The notes under the pieces are model-generated. The model saw only the letters and a list, made by a program, of their open reading frames with translations. It was not told the DNA's origin and did no database searches. Shown here piece by piece: positions 43,580 through 54,263 of a stretch of DNA of 64,000 bases (position 1 is its first letter; each line of letters opens with the position of its first letter). Source of the stretch: Escherichia phage phiLLS; sequence record NC_047822.1. One strand, 5' to 3'. Both the position numbers and the translations under genes were made by a program.

Positions 43580-44895
43580 TGGAAGTATCAAGACCCTATG
43601 TTAATACAGTAGATGTTATTGATTTCGGAATAGATAAGCGTTTCTTTCGTCTACCTGTTTCAGGAATACTAGCGCAAGAAGGTATTACACCTAATGGTCC
43701 TCAAATAGCAATTATCAATGCCCTAGAAGACCCTAGACATCGTTTTGTAACGGCGTGTGTATCACGCCGTGTAGGTAAATCTTTTATAGCATATACACTT
43801 GGGTTCCTAAAATTGCTGGAACCTAATGTGAAGGTGCTAGTAGTTGCCCCTAACTACTCACTGGCCAATATCGGATGGTCTCAGATTCGTGGTCTTATTA
43901 AGAAGTACGGTCTACAAACCGAACGTGAAAACGCTAAAGATAAAGAGATTGAGTTAGCTAATGGTTCTCTATTTAAACTAGCTTCCGCGGCTCAGGCTGA
44001 CTCCGCAGTTGGACGTTCATATGATTTTATCATCTTTGACGAGGCGGCAATTTCCGATGTGGGTGGTGATGCCTTTAGGGTTCAGCTGCGCCCTACTCTA
44101 GATAAACCTAATTCTAAGGCTCTATTTATTTCCACCCCTCGTGGAGGTAACTGGTTTAAAGAGTTTTATGCCTACGGATTTGATGATACGTTGCCTAACT
44201 GGGTATCTATTCATGGTACATACCGTGATAACCCTCGTGCTGACCTGAATGACATTGAGGAAGCACGTCGTACGGTTAGTAAAAACTACTTCCGCCAAGA
44301 ATACGAGGCTGACTTCTCTGTATTCGAAGGACAGATATTTGATACTTTCAATGCTATCGATCATGTTAAAGACCTCAAAGGTATGCGCCACTTCTTTAAA
44401 GATGATGAAGCATTCGAAACGTTGCTGGGTATTGACGTTGGTTATCGTGATCCTACAGCAGTTCTCACTATTAAATATCATTACGATACGGATACTTACT
44501 ATGTATTAGAAGAGTACCAGCAGGCGGAGAAAACTACAGCTCAGCATGCTGCTTATATTCAGCATTGTATAGATCGTTATAATGTTGATCGTATTTTTGT
44601 TGACTCTGCAGCAGCTCAGTTCCGCCAGGACTTAGCTTATGAGCATGAAATTGCCTCAGCTCCAGCCAAAAAATCTGTCCTAGATGGCCTAGCATGTCTG
44701 CAAGCACTGTTCCAACAGGGCAAGATTATTGTAGATGCCTCATGTTCCTCCTTAATTCATGCATTGCAGAATTATAAGTGGGACTTCCAAGAAGGTGAAG
44801 AGAAATTATCACGTGAAAAACCACGTCATGATGCTAACTCTCACCTTTGTGATGCGCTGCGCTATGGAATTTACTCTATTTCCCGTGGTAAATAA
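43579..44895 (+). CDS. terminase large subunit
   Basis: 438 aa; Walker A-like VSRRVGKS, Walker B DFIIFDEAA, C-terminal nuclease Asp residues; length as T5 TerL. Confidence 0.8.
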   Translation: MEVSRPYVNTVDVIDFGIDKRFFRLPVSGILAQEGITPNGPQIAIINALEDPRHRFVTACVSRRVGKSFIAYTLGFLKLLEPNVKVLVVAPNYSLANIGWSQIRGLIKKYGLQTERENAKDKEIELANGSLFKLASAAQADSAVGRSYDFIIFDEAAISDVGGDAFRVQLRPTLDKPNSKALFISTPRGGNWFKEFYAYGFDDTLPNWVSIHGTYRDNPRADLNDIEEARRTVSKNYFRQEYEADFSVFEGQIFDTFNAIDHVKDLKGMRHFFKDDEAFETLLGIDVGYRDPTAVLTIKYHYDTDTYYVLEEYQQAEKTTAQHAAYIQHCIDRYNVDRIFVDSAAAQFRQDLAYEHEIASAPAKKSVLDGLACLQALFQQGKIIVDASCSSLIHALQNYKWDFQEGEEKLSREKPRHDANSHLCDALRYGIYSISRGK

Positions 44896-45009
44896 ATAAA
44901 TATAGGATGGGATACTACTCAGTTGGTATCCCATTCCTGTATTTTAAAATCCCCTTTACAAATTCGATACGATTATGTATACTATATTCATACAGTTGAG
45001 GAGAACACT

Positions 45010-45447
45010 ATGGCAAGCAATATAAAATATAAACGCGATGCTATATCCCTTATGAGAGACGGAATAAAAAGTCAATATAAAAAAGACTCTCAATGTGCTA
45101 TCTGCGGTTGTGCTGAAGAATTAGAGCTTCATCATTACCATACGGTGTCTCTACTAGTTAAAAAATTTGCTAAAGAACTCCAATTGGATTTCACTGACGA
45201 AGAAACAGTCCTTTCAAATAGGACGGCATTCTATGATCGATATAGGCATGAGCTAGTAGAAGACACTGTTACCCTCTGTGTACACCATCACCAATTATTA
45301 CATAAGGTTTACACAAAAGAACCTCCTTTATTTTCTGCTAATAAGCAAAAAGTGTGGGTTCAAAAGCAGAAAGACAAATTACAGAATCCTCAAGAAAAGA
45401 CACAAGTCAAGACTGAAACAAAATCAGGATTCGCAAGGTTCTTATAA
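45010..45447 (+). CDS. HNH endonuclease
   Basis: CAICGC...ELHHYH...LCVHHHQLLH motifs; start moved to ATG after RBS GAGGAGA. Confidence 0.6.
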   Translation: MASNIKYKRDAISLMRDGIKSQYKKDSQCAICGCAEELELHHYHTVSLLVKKFAKELQLDFTDEETVLSNRTAFYDRYRHELVEDTVTLCVHHHQLLHKVYTKEPPLFSANKQKVWVQKQKDKLQNPQEKTQVKTETKSGFARFL

Positions 45448-46664
45448 TGGGTTTTAAAAGCTGGATTACTGAAAAGCTAAATCCGGGTCAACGTATTATA
45501 AGAGACATGGAACCAGTTAGTCATCGCACTAACCGTAAGCCTTTTACCACTGGACAAGCCTACAGTAAAATTGAGATTCTCAATAGAACTGCTAATATGG
45601 TTATAGATAGTGCGGCGGAGTGTTCTTATACTGTCGGAGATAAATATAATATTGTTACGTACGCTAATGGCGTCAAAACAAAGACTCTAGACACTCTCTT
45701 AAATGTACGACCTAATCCATTCATGGATATAAGCACATTCCGTAGACTTGTAGTCACTGACCTACTTTTTGAAGGTTGTGCATACATCTATTGGGATGGC
45801 ACATCGCTTTACCACGTCCCGGCTGCTCTTATGCAGGTCGAGGCAGATGCCAATAAGTTTATCAAAAAATTTATATTTAATAATCAGATAGACTATCGCG
45901 TAGATGAGATTATCTTTATAAAGGATAACAGTTACGTGTGTGGCACAAATTCTCAAATTTCTGGACAATCTCGTGTTGCTACTGTTATTGATTCTCTTGA
46001 GAAGCGTTCTAAGATGCTTAACTTTAAAGAGAAATTCCTCGATAACGGAACCGTGATTGGTCTTATTCTTGAAACGGATGAAATCCTGAACAAGAAATTG
46101 CGTGAGCGTAAACAAGAAGAATTACAACTCGATTATAATCCTAGTACTGGTCAGTCTTCTGTCCTGATTCTAGATGGTGGTATGAAAGCTAAACCGTACT
46201 CCCAAATATCCTCTTTTAAAGATCTAGACTTTAAGGAAGACATCGAAGGATTTAATAAATCTATTTGTCTAGCCTTTGGAGTTCCGCAAGTACTGCTTGA
46301 TGGTGGTAATAATGCGAATATTCGACCAAACATCGAATTGTTTTATTATATGACTATCATTCCTATGCTGAACAAACTGACTAGTTCTCTTACTTTCTTT
46401 TTTGGTTATAAGATTACTCCTAATACTAAGGAGGTAGCTGCATTAACACCAGATAAAGAAGCTGAGGCTAAACATTTAACCTCATTGGTTAATAATGGTA
46501 TTATGACTGGTAACGAAGCTCGTTTAGAGCTGAACCTTGAACCTTTAGATGATGAGCAGATGGATAGGATTCGTATTCCTGCTAACGTTGCTGGTTCTGC
46601 AACAGGTGTATCTGGTCAAGAAGGTGGTAGACCTCAAGGTTCCACCGAGGGAGATAAAGAATGA
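45447..46664 (+). CDS. portal protein
   Basis: 405 aa between terminase and prohead protease; TAATG overlap. Confidence 0.7.
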   Translation: MGFKSWITEKLNPGQRIIRDMEPVSHRTNRKPFTTGQAYSKIEILNRTANMVIDSAAECSYTVGDKYNIVTYANGVKTKTLDTLLNVRPNPFMDISTFRRLVVTDLLFEGCAYIYWDGTSLYHVPAALMQVEADANKFIKKFIFNNQIDYRVDEIIFIKDNSYVCGTNSQISGQSRVATVIDSLEKRSKMLNFKEKFLDNGTVIGLILETDEILNKKLRERKQEELQLDYNPSTGQSSVLILDGGMKAKPYSQISSFKDLDFKEDIEGFNKSICLAFGVPQVLLDGGNNANIRPNIELFYYMTIIPMLNKLTSSLTFFFGYKITPNTKEVAALTPDKEAEAKHLTSLVNNGIMTGNEARLELNLEPLDDEQMDRIRIPANVAGSATGVSGQEGGRPQGSTEGDKE

Positions 46665-47155
46665 TTGATTATAATGGTCTAAAGACCATTTTTGGTGAAA
46701 AACTGCCAGAATCTCATATCTTCTTTGCTACGGTTGCTGCGCATAAATATGTTCCTAGCTATGCTTTTCTGCGTAGAGAACTAGGGCTTTCATCTGCGCA
46801 TACTAACCGTAAAGTATGGAAGAAATTTGTAGAGGCTTATGGTAAAGCAGTTCCTCCTGCTCCACCGGCTCCACCATTAACTCTTTCTAAAGATTTAACT
46901 GCTAGCATGTCAGTTGAAGAGGGAGCAGCATTAACACTTTCTGTTACTGCAACTGGTGGTACTGGTCCATATACCTATGCATGGACTAAAGATGGTTCTC
47001 CTATTCCTGGTGCTTCAGGAGCTACCTATACTAAGCCTGCAGCAGCTACGGAGGATTCTGGAGCCTATAAAGTAACTGTGACAGATAGTAAGCAAGTAAG
47101 CAAGGACTCTACTACATGTGCTGTGACAGTTAATCCTACTGTTCCTGGAGGCTAA
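46661..47155 (+). CDS. capsid decoration protein with C-terminal Ig-like domain (pb10-like)
   Basis: 164 aa; PPAPPAPP linker then Ig-like LTLSVTATGGTGPYTYAWTKDG...YKVTVTD. Confidence 0.5.
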   Translation: MIDYNGLKTIFGEKLPESHIFFATVAAHKYVPSYAFLRRELGLSSAHTNRKVWKKFVEAYGKAVPPAPPAPPLTLSKDLTASMSVEEGAALTLSVTATGGTGPYTYAWTKDGSPIPGASGATYTKPAAATEDSGAYKVTVTDSKQVSKDSTTCAVTVNPTVPGG

Positions 47156-47158
47156 TAA

Positions 47159-47791
47159 ATGACACAAGCTGCTATTGACTATAACAAGTTAAAATCAGCA
47201 CCCGTTCATTTAGATGCTTATATTAAATCTATTGATAGCGAATCCAAAGAAGGTGTTGTAAAAATCCGCGGATTCGCTAATACAATTAGTAAAGATCGCG
47301 CTGGCGATGTAATCCCTGCTTCCGCATGGAAAACATCTAATGCACTTACTAACTATATGAAAAACCCGATTATTCTTTTTGGACACGATCATCGTCGTCC
47401 AATCGGTAAGTGTATTGATCTTAACCCTACTGAAATGGGTCTCGAAATCGAATGCGAGATCTATGAAAGTTCTGACCCGGCTATCTTTTCACTAATTAAA
47501 AACGGTGTACTGAAAACTTTTAGTATCGGATTCCGCTGCCTAGATGCAGAGTGGGATGAAGCTACTGATATATTTATTATTAAAGATTTAGAACTATACG
47601 AAGTTTCGGTAGTTTCTGTACCTTGTAATCAGGACTCAACGTTCAATCTCGCTAAGAGCATGAATGGTCATGATTATACTGAATGGCGTAAATCTTTTAC
47701 TGCAATAAGTTCTAAAGCTGTCCCAGCTCAAGAACGTAATCTTTCTGAACTAGAAAAACTTGCGATAGCTTTAGGCTACGTTAAAGAATAA
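47159..47791 (+). CDS. prohead maturation protease
   Basis: 210 aa directly upstream of major capsid gene; assigned by position and size. Confidence 0.65.
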   Translation: MTQAAIDYNKLKSAPVHLDAYIKSIDSESKEGVVKIRGFANTISKDRAGDVIPASAWKTSNALTNYMKNPIILFGHDHRRPIGKCIDLNPTEMGLEIECEIYESSDPAIFSLIKNGVLKTFSIGFRCLDAEWDEATDIFIIKDLELYEVSVVSVPCNQDSTFNLAKSMNGHDYTEWRKSFTAISSKAVPAQERNLSELEKLAIALGYVKE

Positions 47792-47808
47792 CGGAGAATT
47801 ATTTAAAA

Positions 47809-49185
47809 ATGACTATTGATATTAATAAGCTGAAAGAAGAACTTGGTCTGGGTGATCTGGCTAAATCTCTGGAAGGTCTGACCGCTGCTCAGAAAGCTCA
47901 GGAAGCTGAACGTATGCGTAAAGAGCAGGAAGAAAAAGAACTGGCTCGTATGAATGACCTGGTTTCTAAAGCAGTTGGCGAAGATCGTAAGCGTCTGGAA
48001 GAGGCTCTGGATCTGGTTAAGTCTCTGGATGAGAAATCTAAGAAGAGCGCAGAACTGTTTGCACAAACTGTAGAAAAACAACAGGAAACTATTGTTGGTC
48101 TTCAGGATGAAATTAAATCTCTGCTGACAGCTCGTGAAGGTCGTTCCTTCGTTGGTGATAGTGTTGCTAAAGCACTGTACGGTACTCAGGAAAACTTTGA
48201 AGATGAAGTTGAAAAACTGGTTCTGTTATCTTATGTAATGGAAAAGGGCGTATTCGAGACCGAACACGGTCAAAAACACCTGAAAGCAGTGAATCAGTCT
48301 TCTTCTGTAGAAGTTTCTAGTGAAAGCTATGAAACTATTTTCTCTCAGCGTATTATCCGTGACCTGCAGAAAGAGCTTGTAGTTGGCGCACTGTTCGAAG
48401 AACTGCCGATGTCCAGTAAGATTCTTACTATGCTGGTTGAACCGGATGCTGGTAAAGCTACTTGGGTTGCTGCTTCTACTTATGGTACTGATGCAACTAC
48501 TGGTGATGAAGTTAAAGGTGCTCTTAAAGAAATCCACTTCAGTACTTACAAACTGGCTGCTAAGTCCTTCATTACTGATGAAACTGAAGAAGATGCAATC
48601 TTCTCCCTGCTGCCACTGCTTCGTAAGCGTCTGATCGAAGCACACGCTGTTTCTATTGAAGAAGCCTTCATGACTGGTGATGGTTCCGGTAAACCGAAAG
48701 GTCTGCTGACTCTTGCTAGTGAAGATAGTGCTAAAGTTATTACTGAAGCTAAAGCTGATGGTTCCGTACTGGTAACTGCTAAAACTATCTCTAAATTGCG
48801 TCGTAAACTGGGCCGTCATGGTCTGAAACTGAGCAAACTGGTACTGATTGTATCTATGGATGCTTACTATGATCTGCTGGAAGATGAAGAATGGCAGGAT
48901 GTTGCCCAAGTTGGTAATGATGCTGTTAAACTGCAGGGTCAGGTTGGTCGTATTTATGGTCTGCCGGTTGTAGTTTCTGAGTATTTCCCAGCTAAAGCTA
49001 CTTCCGCAGAGTTCGCAGTTATTGTTTATAAAGATAACTTCGTAATGCCACGCCAGCGTGCTGTTACTGTTGAACGTGAGCGCCAAGCTGGTAAACAGCG
49101 TGACGCATACTACGTTACTCAGCGTGTTAACCTGCAACGTTACTTTGCAAATGGCGTTGTATCTGGTGCTTACGCTGCATCTTAA
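47809..49185 (+). CDS. major capsid protein precursor (HK97-fold with N-terminal scaffold domain)
   Basis: 458 aa; coiled-coil charged N-terminal about 150 aa then capsid core; highly expressed codon bias; length as T5 pb8. Confidence 0.8.
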   Translation: MTIDINKLKEELGLGDLAKSLEGLTAAQKAQEAERMRKEQEEKELARMNDLVSKAVGEDRKRLEEALDLVKSLDEKSKKSAELFAQTVEKQQETIVGLQDEIKSLLTAREGRSFVGDSVAKALYGTQENFEDEVEKLVLLSYVMEKGVFETEHGQKHLKAVNQSSSVEVSSESYETIFSQRIIRDLQKELVVGALFEELPMSSKILTMLVEPDAGKATWVAASTYGTDATTGDEVKGALKEIHFSTYKLAAKSFITDETEEDAIFSLLPLLRKRLIEAHAVSIEEAFMTGDGSGKPKGLLTLASEDSAKVITEAKADGSVLVTAKTISKLRRKLGRHGLKLSKLVLIVSMDAYYDLLEDEEWQDVAQVGNDAVKLQGQVGRIYGLPVVVSEYFPAKATSAEFAVIVYKDNFVMPRQRAVTVERERQAGKQRDAYYVTQRVNLQRYFANGVVSGAYAAS

Positions 49186-49202
49186 TACAGGCTTTTCAGC
49201 CG

Positions 49203-49232
49203 ATAAGGAGAGCTTCGGCTCTCCTTTTTTAT
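49203..49232 (+). terminator. Rho-independent terminator after capsid gene
   Basis: GGAGAGC-TTCG-GCTCTCC hairpin plus TTTTTTATT. Confidence 0.7.
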
Positions 49233-49244
49233 TGGGAAAAATAA

Positions 49245-49757
49245 ATGCAAATAATCACAGCTGAAGACTATAGATTATATGGTGGGTTAAAACGACCTGA
49301 ACTAGAATCTGGAGTAGAGATGATGATTACTGCTGCCAATGCGCTGATTACTAGCCTTTTAGGTATGGATGATGCTGATGCGGTAGACCAGTTAATCAAT
49401 ACAAAACCTACTCGTAAAAAATACTTCTTAAGTTCTCCCTCGGCTACTTCAGTAACCAAAATGACTATTAACGACAAGGAGATAGATCCAGAACAATATA
49501 AGTTGTATTCTGATGGGGTTATACTTCTTAAATTTAATCCCCCAGAAGGTTATATGGATGTAGAATACACACAAGGTGGATTTAATCCAATACCTGAGGA
49601 TCTCAAACTTGCAGCATGTATGCTAGTAGATCATTGGCATAAACAGGATTACCGTCAAGCTAAAACAATTGGCGGAGAAACAGTTACTTTTAATAATACT
49701 AAGTCTGGTATTCCAGAGCATATTCGTACTATTATTGAAGTTTACAGGAGAGTATAA
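49245..49757 (+). CDS. head completion / head-tail connector protein (putative)
   Basis: 170 aa; position after MCP. Confidence 0.4.
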   Translation: MQIITAEDYRLYGGLKRPELESGVEMMITAANALITSLLGMDDADAVDQLINTKPTRKKYFLSSPSATSVTKMTINDKEIDPEQYKLYSDGVILLKFNPPEGYMDVEYTQGGFNPIPEDLKLAACMLVDHWHKQDYRQAKTIGGETVTFNNTKSGIPEHIRTIIEVYRRV

Positions 49758-50524
49758 TGTCTCTTTCTGATTTAGCTACACAAATTATTAAGGAGCAGCT
49801 AGATAATGTTGGGCGTTCCGAGAACAATAAGAATACTGTTGTATATTCTGTTGAAACAGGACTGAAAGATCCTACTAGAGATGGTACTGTTGCTCAGGTA
49901 TCTTTTAAATTCTCAAAACCTGTATCCCAAGATCTCCTTAATGTTAGGACCGCTTCTATTCTAAAAGCAGTTTCTTCTAGCTTAGATCTAACAGGAGATT
50001 TAGGTGCTCTAGAGAATTTAATACAAGCAACCGCTGGTAAAAAATCTGCTGTAGGTAAAAAACGTTCTACTGGTAGAGTTCAAGTAAACTTTGGGGATCC
50101 TAGAGACGTAGAAGATGGATATTCTGGTGCAGTAACAGGTGCTTCTGGTCGTTTTGTATCAAATAGTAATATGAAGGTTATTCTGGAGTTGGTTGCTAAA
50201 GAATACTTAATAAAGGATATGAAAAAAGCAGGAGCTCCACTTAAATTTAGAACAGGTCGTTTTGCAAACTCTCTAAAAGTTAAAGATGTTATGCTTAGAG
50301 ATGCTGGAACTAGCAAAGGTGCTCCGGAATTAAACGTTACATATAATTATATGGTACGTCCATATTCAGTATTTAATCCTGCAGTATCTACATATCGAAG
50401 ATTGTCACTACGACCCTACCCAGGTGCTAGAAACCCTCAAAGACTAATTGGAGAGGCGATAGCTAAAGCTGCAAGAGACTTAATTCACTCCAGATACAAA
50501 ATTAAGGTTAATCAAGGAACCTAA
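49757..50524 (+). CDS. neck / tail completion protein (putative)
   Basis: 255 aa; synteny only. Confidence 0.35.
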   Translation: MSLSDLATQIIKEQLDNVGRSENNKNTVVYSVETGLKDPTRDGTVAQVSFKFSKPVSQDLLNVRTASILKAVSSSLDLTGDLGALENLIQATAGKKSAVGKKRSTGRVQVNFGDPRDVEDGYSGAVTGASGRFVSNSNMKVILELVAKEYLIKDMKKAGAPLKFRTGRFANSLKVKDVMLRDAGTSKGAPELNVTYNYMVRPYSVFNPAVSTYRRLSLRPYPGARNPQRLIGEAIAKAARDLIHSRYKIKVNQGT

Positions 50525-50527
50525 TAA

Positions 50528-51013
50528 ATGGATCACAGAACAAGTATAGCACAAGCTCTGGTTGATCGAATAGCCAAACAAATGGATGGCTCTCAACCAG
50601 ATGAATATTTTAATAACTTGTATGGAAACGTCTCACGTCAAACTTATAAGTTTGAGGAGATACGAGAGTTTCCTTATGTTGCAGTTCATATCGGAACTGA
50701 AACTGGGCAGTATCTTCCCTCAGGTCAACAGTGGATGTTTTTAGAACTTCCTATCCTGGTGTATGATAAAGAGAAAACAGACATTCAAGAGCAACTTGAA
50801 AAACTCGTAGCGGATATAAAAACCGTTATTGACACAGGTGGAAATTTAGAATATACTGTTAGTAAACCTAATGGATCGACCTTCCCATGTGAGGCGACTG
50901 ATATGAGCATTACATCAGTTAGTACAGATGAGGGTCTACTGGCCCCATATGGTTTAGCAGAAATAAATGTAACAGTGAGGTATCAGCCTCCACGTAGGTC
51001 ACTTCGCAGATAA
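50528..51013 (+). CDS. tail terminator protein (putative)
   Basis: 161 aa immediately upstream of tail tube gene. Confidence 0.4.
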   Translation: MDHRTSIAQALVDRIAKQMDGSQPDEYFNNLYGNVSRQTYKFEEIREFPYVAVHIGTETGQYLPSGQQWMFLELPILVYDKEKTDIQEQLEKLVADIKTVIDTGGNLEYTVSKPNGSTFPCEATDMSITSVSTDEGLLAPYGLAEINVTVRYQPPRRSLRR

Positions 51014-51039
51014 GTTACAGATTAGGAGAAAATAATTAA

Positions 51040-52446
51040 ATGTCTTTACAACTATTACGTAATACTCGAATCTTCGTGTCTACGGTTAAGACTGGTCACG
51101 ATAAGACCAACACGCAAGAGATTCTAGTTCAGGATGATATTTCTTGGGGTCAGGACAGTAACTCAACAGATATTACTGTTAACGAAGCTGGTCCGCGTCC
51201 TACTCGTGGTTCTAAACGTTTTAACGATTCCTTGAATGCAGCTGAGTGGAGCTTCTCCACCTATATCCTGCCATACATGGATAAAACTACTAGCAAACAA
51301 ATTGTTCCTGACTATATGTTATGGCATGCACTTTCTAGTGGTAAAGCTATTAACCTTGATGGAGATACTGGAGCACATAATAATGCTACTAACTTCATGG
51401 TTAACTTCAAAGATAACGCATATCACGAACTGGCTATGCTGCATATTTACATTCTAACTGACAATGCGTGGAGTTACATTGACTCTTGCCAGATCAACCA
51501 GGCAGAAGTTAACGTTGATATTGAAGATATTGGTCGTGTAACTTGGTCTGGTAACGGTAATCAGCTCATTCCGTTAGATAGCCAACCATTTGACCCTGAT
51601 GCATTAGGTATTGATGATGAAACTTATATGACTATTCAGAGTTCTTACATTAAGAACAAGTTAACTATCCTAAAAATTAAGGATATGGATTCTGATAAGG
51701 CATATGATATTCCTATTACTGGTGGTACTTTTACCATTAATAACAACATCACGTACCTAACCCCGAATATTATGTCACGTGTAAATATTCCAATCGGCTC
51801 ATTTACGGGTGCGTTTGAGTTAACGGGTTCTTTGACAGCTTACCTTAATGATAAGTCTCTTGGTTCTATGGAACTGTACAAAGATCTGATTAAAACCCTT
51901 AAGGTAGTTAACCGTTTTGAAATCGCACTTATTTTGGGTGGAGAATATGACGAGGAACGTCCGGCAGCTGTGTTAGTTGCTAAACAGGCGCACGTTAATA
52001 TCCCTACTATTGAGACTGATGATGTACTTGGTACTTCAGTAGAGTTTAAAGCTATTCCTACTGATTTGGATACTGGTGACGAAGGTTATCTTGGATTTTC
52101 TAACAAGTATACAAAAACTACTGTGGCTAATCTGATTGCTACGGGGGATGGTGCTAAAACTCCTCCAGTTCCCGTTAAATCCATTACAGTTAAGTCGGCA
52201 GGTGAGGCTGTTTCTGTAACAAATAGTAATACTTTACAGATGTCTGTTGAGGTAACACCTTCAGAAGCTACTAATAAGGCTGTAACTTGGTCTATTTCTA
52301 GTGGTAACGCAGCTACAATTGATGCAGAATCTGGGTTATTAACAGCTGATGCCTCTAAAACTGGTGCAGTTACTGTGAAGGCTGTAGCTAAAGATGGTTC
52401 TGGTGTAGAAGGTACTAAAACTATCACAGTTAGTGCTGGTGGTTAA
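51040..52446 (+). CDS. tail tube protein with C-terminal Ig-like (Big_2) domain (pb6-like)
   Basis: 468 aa; C-terminal ITVKSAGEAVSVTNSNTLQMSVEVTPSEATNKAVTWS... Big_2-like. Confidence 0.7.
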   Translation: MSLQLLRNTRIFVSTVKTGHDKTNTQEILVQDDISWGQDSNSTDITVNEAGPRPTRGSKRFNDSLNAAEWSFSTYILPYMDKTTSKQIVPDYMLWHALSSGKAINLDGDTGAHNNATNFMVNFKDNAYHELAMLHIYILTDNAWSYIDSCQINQAEVNVDIEDIGRVTWSGNGNQLIPLDSQPFDPDALGIDDETYMTIQSSYIKNKLTILKIKDMDSDKAYDIPITGGTFTINNNITYLTPNIMSRVNIPIGSFTGAFELTGSLTAYLNDKSLGSMELYKDLIKTLKVVNRFEIALILGGEYDEERPAAVLVAKQAHVNIPTIETDDVLGTSVEFKAIPTDLDTGDEGYLGFSNKYTKTTVANLIATGDGAKTPPVPVKSITVKSAGEAVSVTNSNTLQMSVEVTPSEATNKAVTWSISSGNAATIDAESGLLTADASKTGAVTVKAVAKDGSGVEGTKTITVSAGG

Positions 52447-52450
52447 ATAA

Positions 52451-53353
52451 ATGTACTACTCTCTAATGCGAGAGTCAAAAGTTATAGTTGAGTATGATGG
52501 TAGGGCATTTCATTTTGATGCCCTATCAAACTATGATATACAGACTTCCTACGAGGAATTCAAGACTCTTCGTAGGACTGTTCATCGTAGAACTAACTAT
52601 GCAGACTCTATTATAAATGCTCAAACCCCCTCTTCTATCTCTCTAGCAATAAATTTCAGTAATACTCTTACAGAGGCTAACTTCTTTGAATGGTTAGGTT
52701 TTGATAGAAAAGGTAATACTTTCTTACTCCCACTATATAGTAGTAATATTGAACCTATTATGTTCAATATCTATATAGTAAATAAAGATAACAACTGTGT
52801 ATATTTTGAAAACTGTTATGTATCTACAGTAGATTTTTCTTTAGATAAGAATATACCAATTCTTAACGTTGGTATTGAGTCAGGGAAATTCTCAGAAGTA
52901 TCTACCTATAGAGAAGCAGCTTCTATTATACAGGGTGAAGTAATGTCTTACAGCCCAGTAATAGCTTCTACTAATGGCAGCATCTTACCCGGTCTTATTT
53001 CTGCCTCTTTATCTTTCCAACAGCAGTGCTCCTGGAGAGAGGATAAGAGTGTTTTTGATATAAATAAAATTTATAATAATAAAAGAGCTTATGTAAATGA
53101 AATGAATGCTTCGGCAACCATTTCTCTATATTACTTAAAACGTTTTGCAGGAGATATGGTTTACAATATCGAACCGGAGACAGATGTACCTTTAAATATA
53201 AGAAATAATAATATTTCTATAGATTTTCCTTCAGCACGTATTACAAAACGCCTAGATTTCTCAGATGTGTATAGAGTTGAGTGGGATATTATACCTACTG
53301 CTTCTTCAGACCCAGTGAGAATAGATTTCTTTGGAGAAATTAAAAATGATTAA
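52451..53353 (+). CDS. tail protein (p140-like, putative)
   Basis: 300 aa between tail tube and chaperone/TMP genes. Confidence 0.4.
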   Translation: MYYSLMRESKVIVEYDGRAFHFDALSNYDIQTSYEEFKTLRRTVHRRTNYADSIINAQTPSSISLAINFSNTLTEANFFEWLGFDRKGNTFLLPLYSSNIEPIMFNIYIVNKDNNCVYFENCYVSTVDFSLDKNIPILNVGIESGKFSEVSTYREAASIIQGEVMSYSPVIASTNGSILPGLISASLSFQQQCSWREDKSVFDINKIYNNKRAYVNEMNASATISLYYLKRFAGDMVYNIEPETDVPLNIRNNNISIDFPSARITKRLDFSDVYRVEWDIIPTASSDPVRIDFFGEIKND

Positions 53354-53750
53354 TTTAAAAGATATTACTCTTGATACTCGTACTATTACTCTTTCCTACC
53401 CAGGTATGCCTAACTTTAAATTAGAACTTAACTATATGTCTCGTGCTACCTCTAAACGTGTTATTTCTTCTGCTAAACGCGATGAATGGGTTAATGGTAC
53501 TTTGATTCAGGTACAGGATGATGATAAGTTCATTGAAGCCTTCGTTGACGCAGCTATTAAAGGTTGGACCGGTTTGACTGTAGGTGACGTTGAAAAACTG
53601 ATGCTGATTGAAACAGATGCTGATCCTGCTACTGAAGTTCCTTTTAGCCGCGATAATGCTGTAATGCTCATGCAGAACTCTGCTGCGTTTGATTCTTGGA
53701 TCAACCAGACAGTGTTCCACTTAGACACTTTTCGTAGCCCAAAAGCGTAA
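53331..53750 (+). CDS. tail assembly chaperone (putative)
   Basis: 139 aa upstream of tape measure; position only. Confidence 0.4.
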   Translation: MEKLKMINLKDITLDTRTITLSYPGMPNFKLELNYMSRATSKRVISSAKRDEWVNGTLIQVQDDDKFIEAFVDAAIKGWTGLTVGDVEKLMLIETDADPATEVPFSRDNAVMLMQNSAAFDSWINQTVFHLDTFRSPKA

Positions 53751-53811
53751 AGAACTCCTAGATGCTGTTGCTGATTTTGCAGATAAATGTATTAAAAGCT
53801 CAGCGTCTAAA

Positions 53812-54180
53812 ATGACCAAACAACAATATTTAATACTTTGTGAGTCAATGGGTATAGAACCTGATCCTAAGGCTATGCCTGTTGAACTCGAAGATTTTCC
53901 ACCTATTGTAGCTATTAGTATGAATATTTATAATAGTCTAGTTGACTGTTTCATACCTGGTGACTTTCCTATATTTATAGGTAAAGACAAAGCTGCTTTA
54001 GGTGTTTTATTCGATATTTATGGGATTACCGATCCTATAGAAAAAGAATTTGTTCTACACATTATCAATATATTTGATGCTAAAGCTGTAGACGCTGCAC
54101 GTAAACGTGCTGAGAAGCATAAACCGCAAAACGGAAGGATTCCTAACGTTAAGCCACATGCTAGATCTCGTGCACGGTAA
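53812..54180 (+). CDS. tail assembly protein (putative)
   Basis: 122 aa basic C-terminus; upstream of TMP; terminator follows. Confidence 0.35.
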   Translation: MTKQQYLILCESMGIEPDPKAMPVELEDFPPIVAISMNIYNSLVDCFIPGDFPIFIGKDKAALGVLFDIYGITDPIEKEFVLHIINIFDAKAVDAARKRAEKHKPQNGRIPNVKPHARSRAR

Positions 54181-54206
54181 AAGTTTCCTCCAATGGGCGT
54201 TCCACG

Positions 54207-54247
54207 ATGAGGCTTGGCTCTGGGTGATTTGCCCAGAGCCTTTTTTA
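54207..54247 (+). terminator. Rho-independent terminator
   Basis: GGCTCTGGG-TGATTTG-CCCAGAGCC hairpin plus TTTTTTATT. Confidence 0.7.
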
Positions 54248-54263
54248 TTGGGAAAAATAAAAC

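Noticed and set aside
48226-49137. Long antisense ORF (303 aa) inside the major capsid gene, and similar antisense ORFs inside SPFH, TerL, portal, TMP and fiber genes
   Set aside because: Embedded antisense to strongly supported genes, low-complexity, no RBS; typical shadow ORFs.
53331-54180. Programmed -1 frameshift fusing the two ORFs upstream of the tape measure gene
   Set aside because: The two ORFs are separated by a 60-nt gap with an in-frame stop and no overlap, so a G/GT-type frameshift is not supported here.
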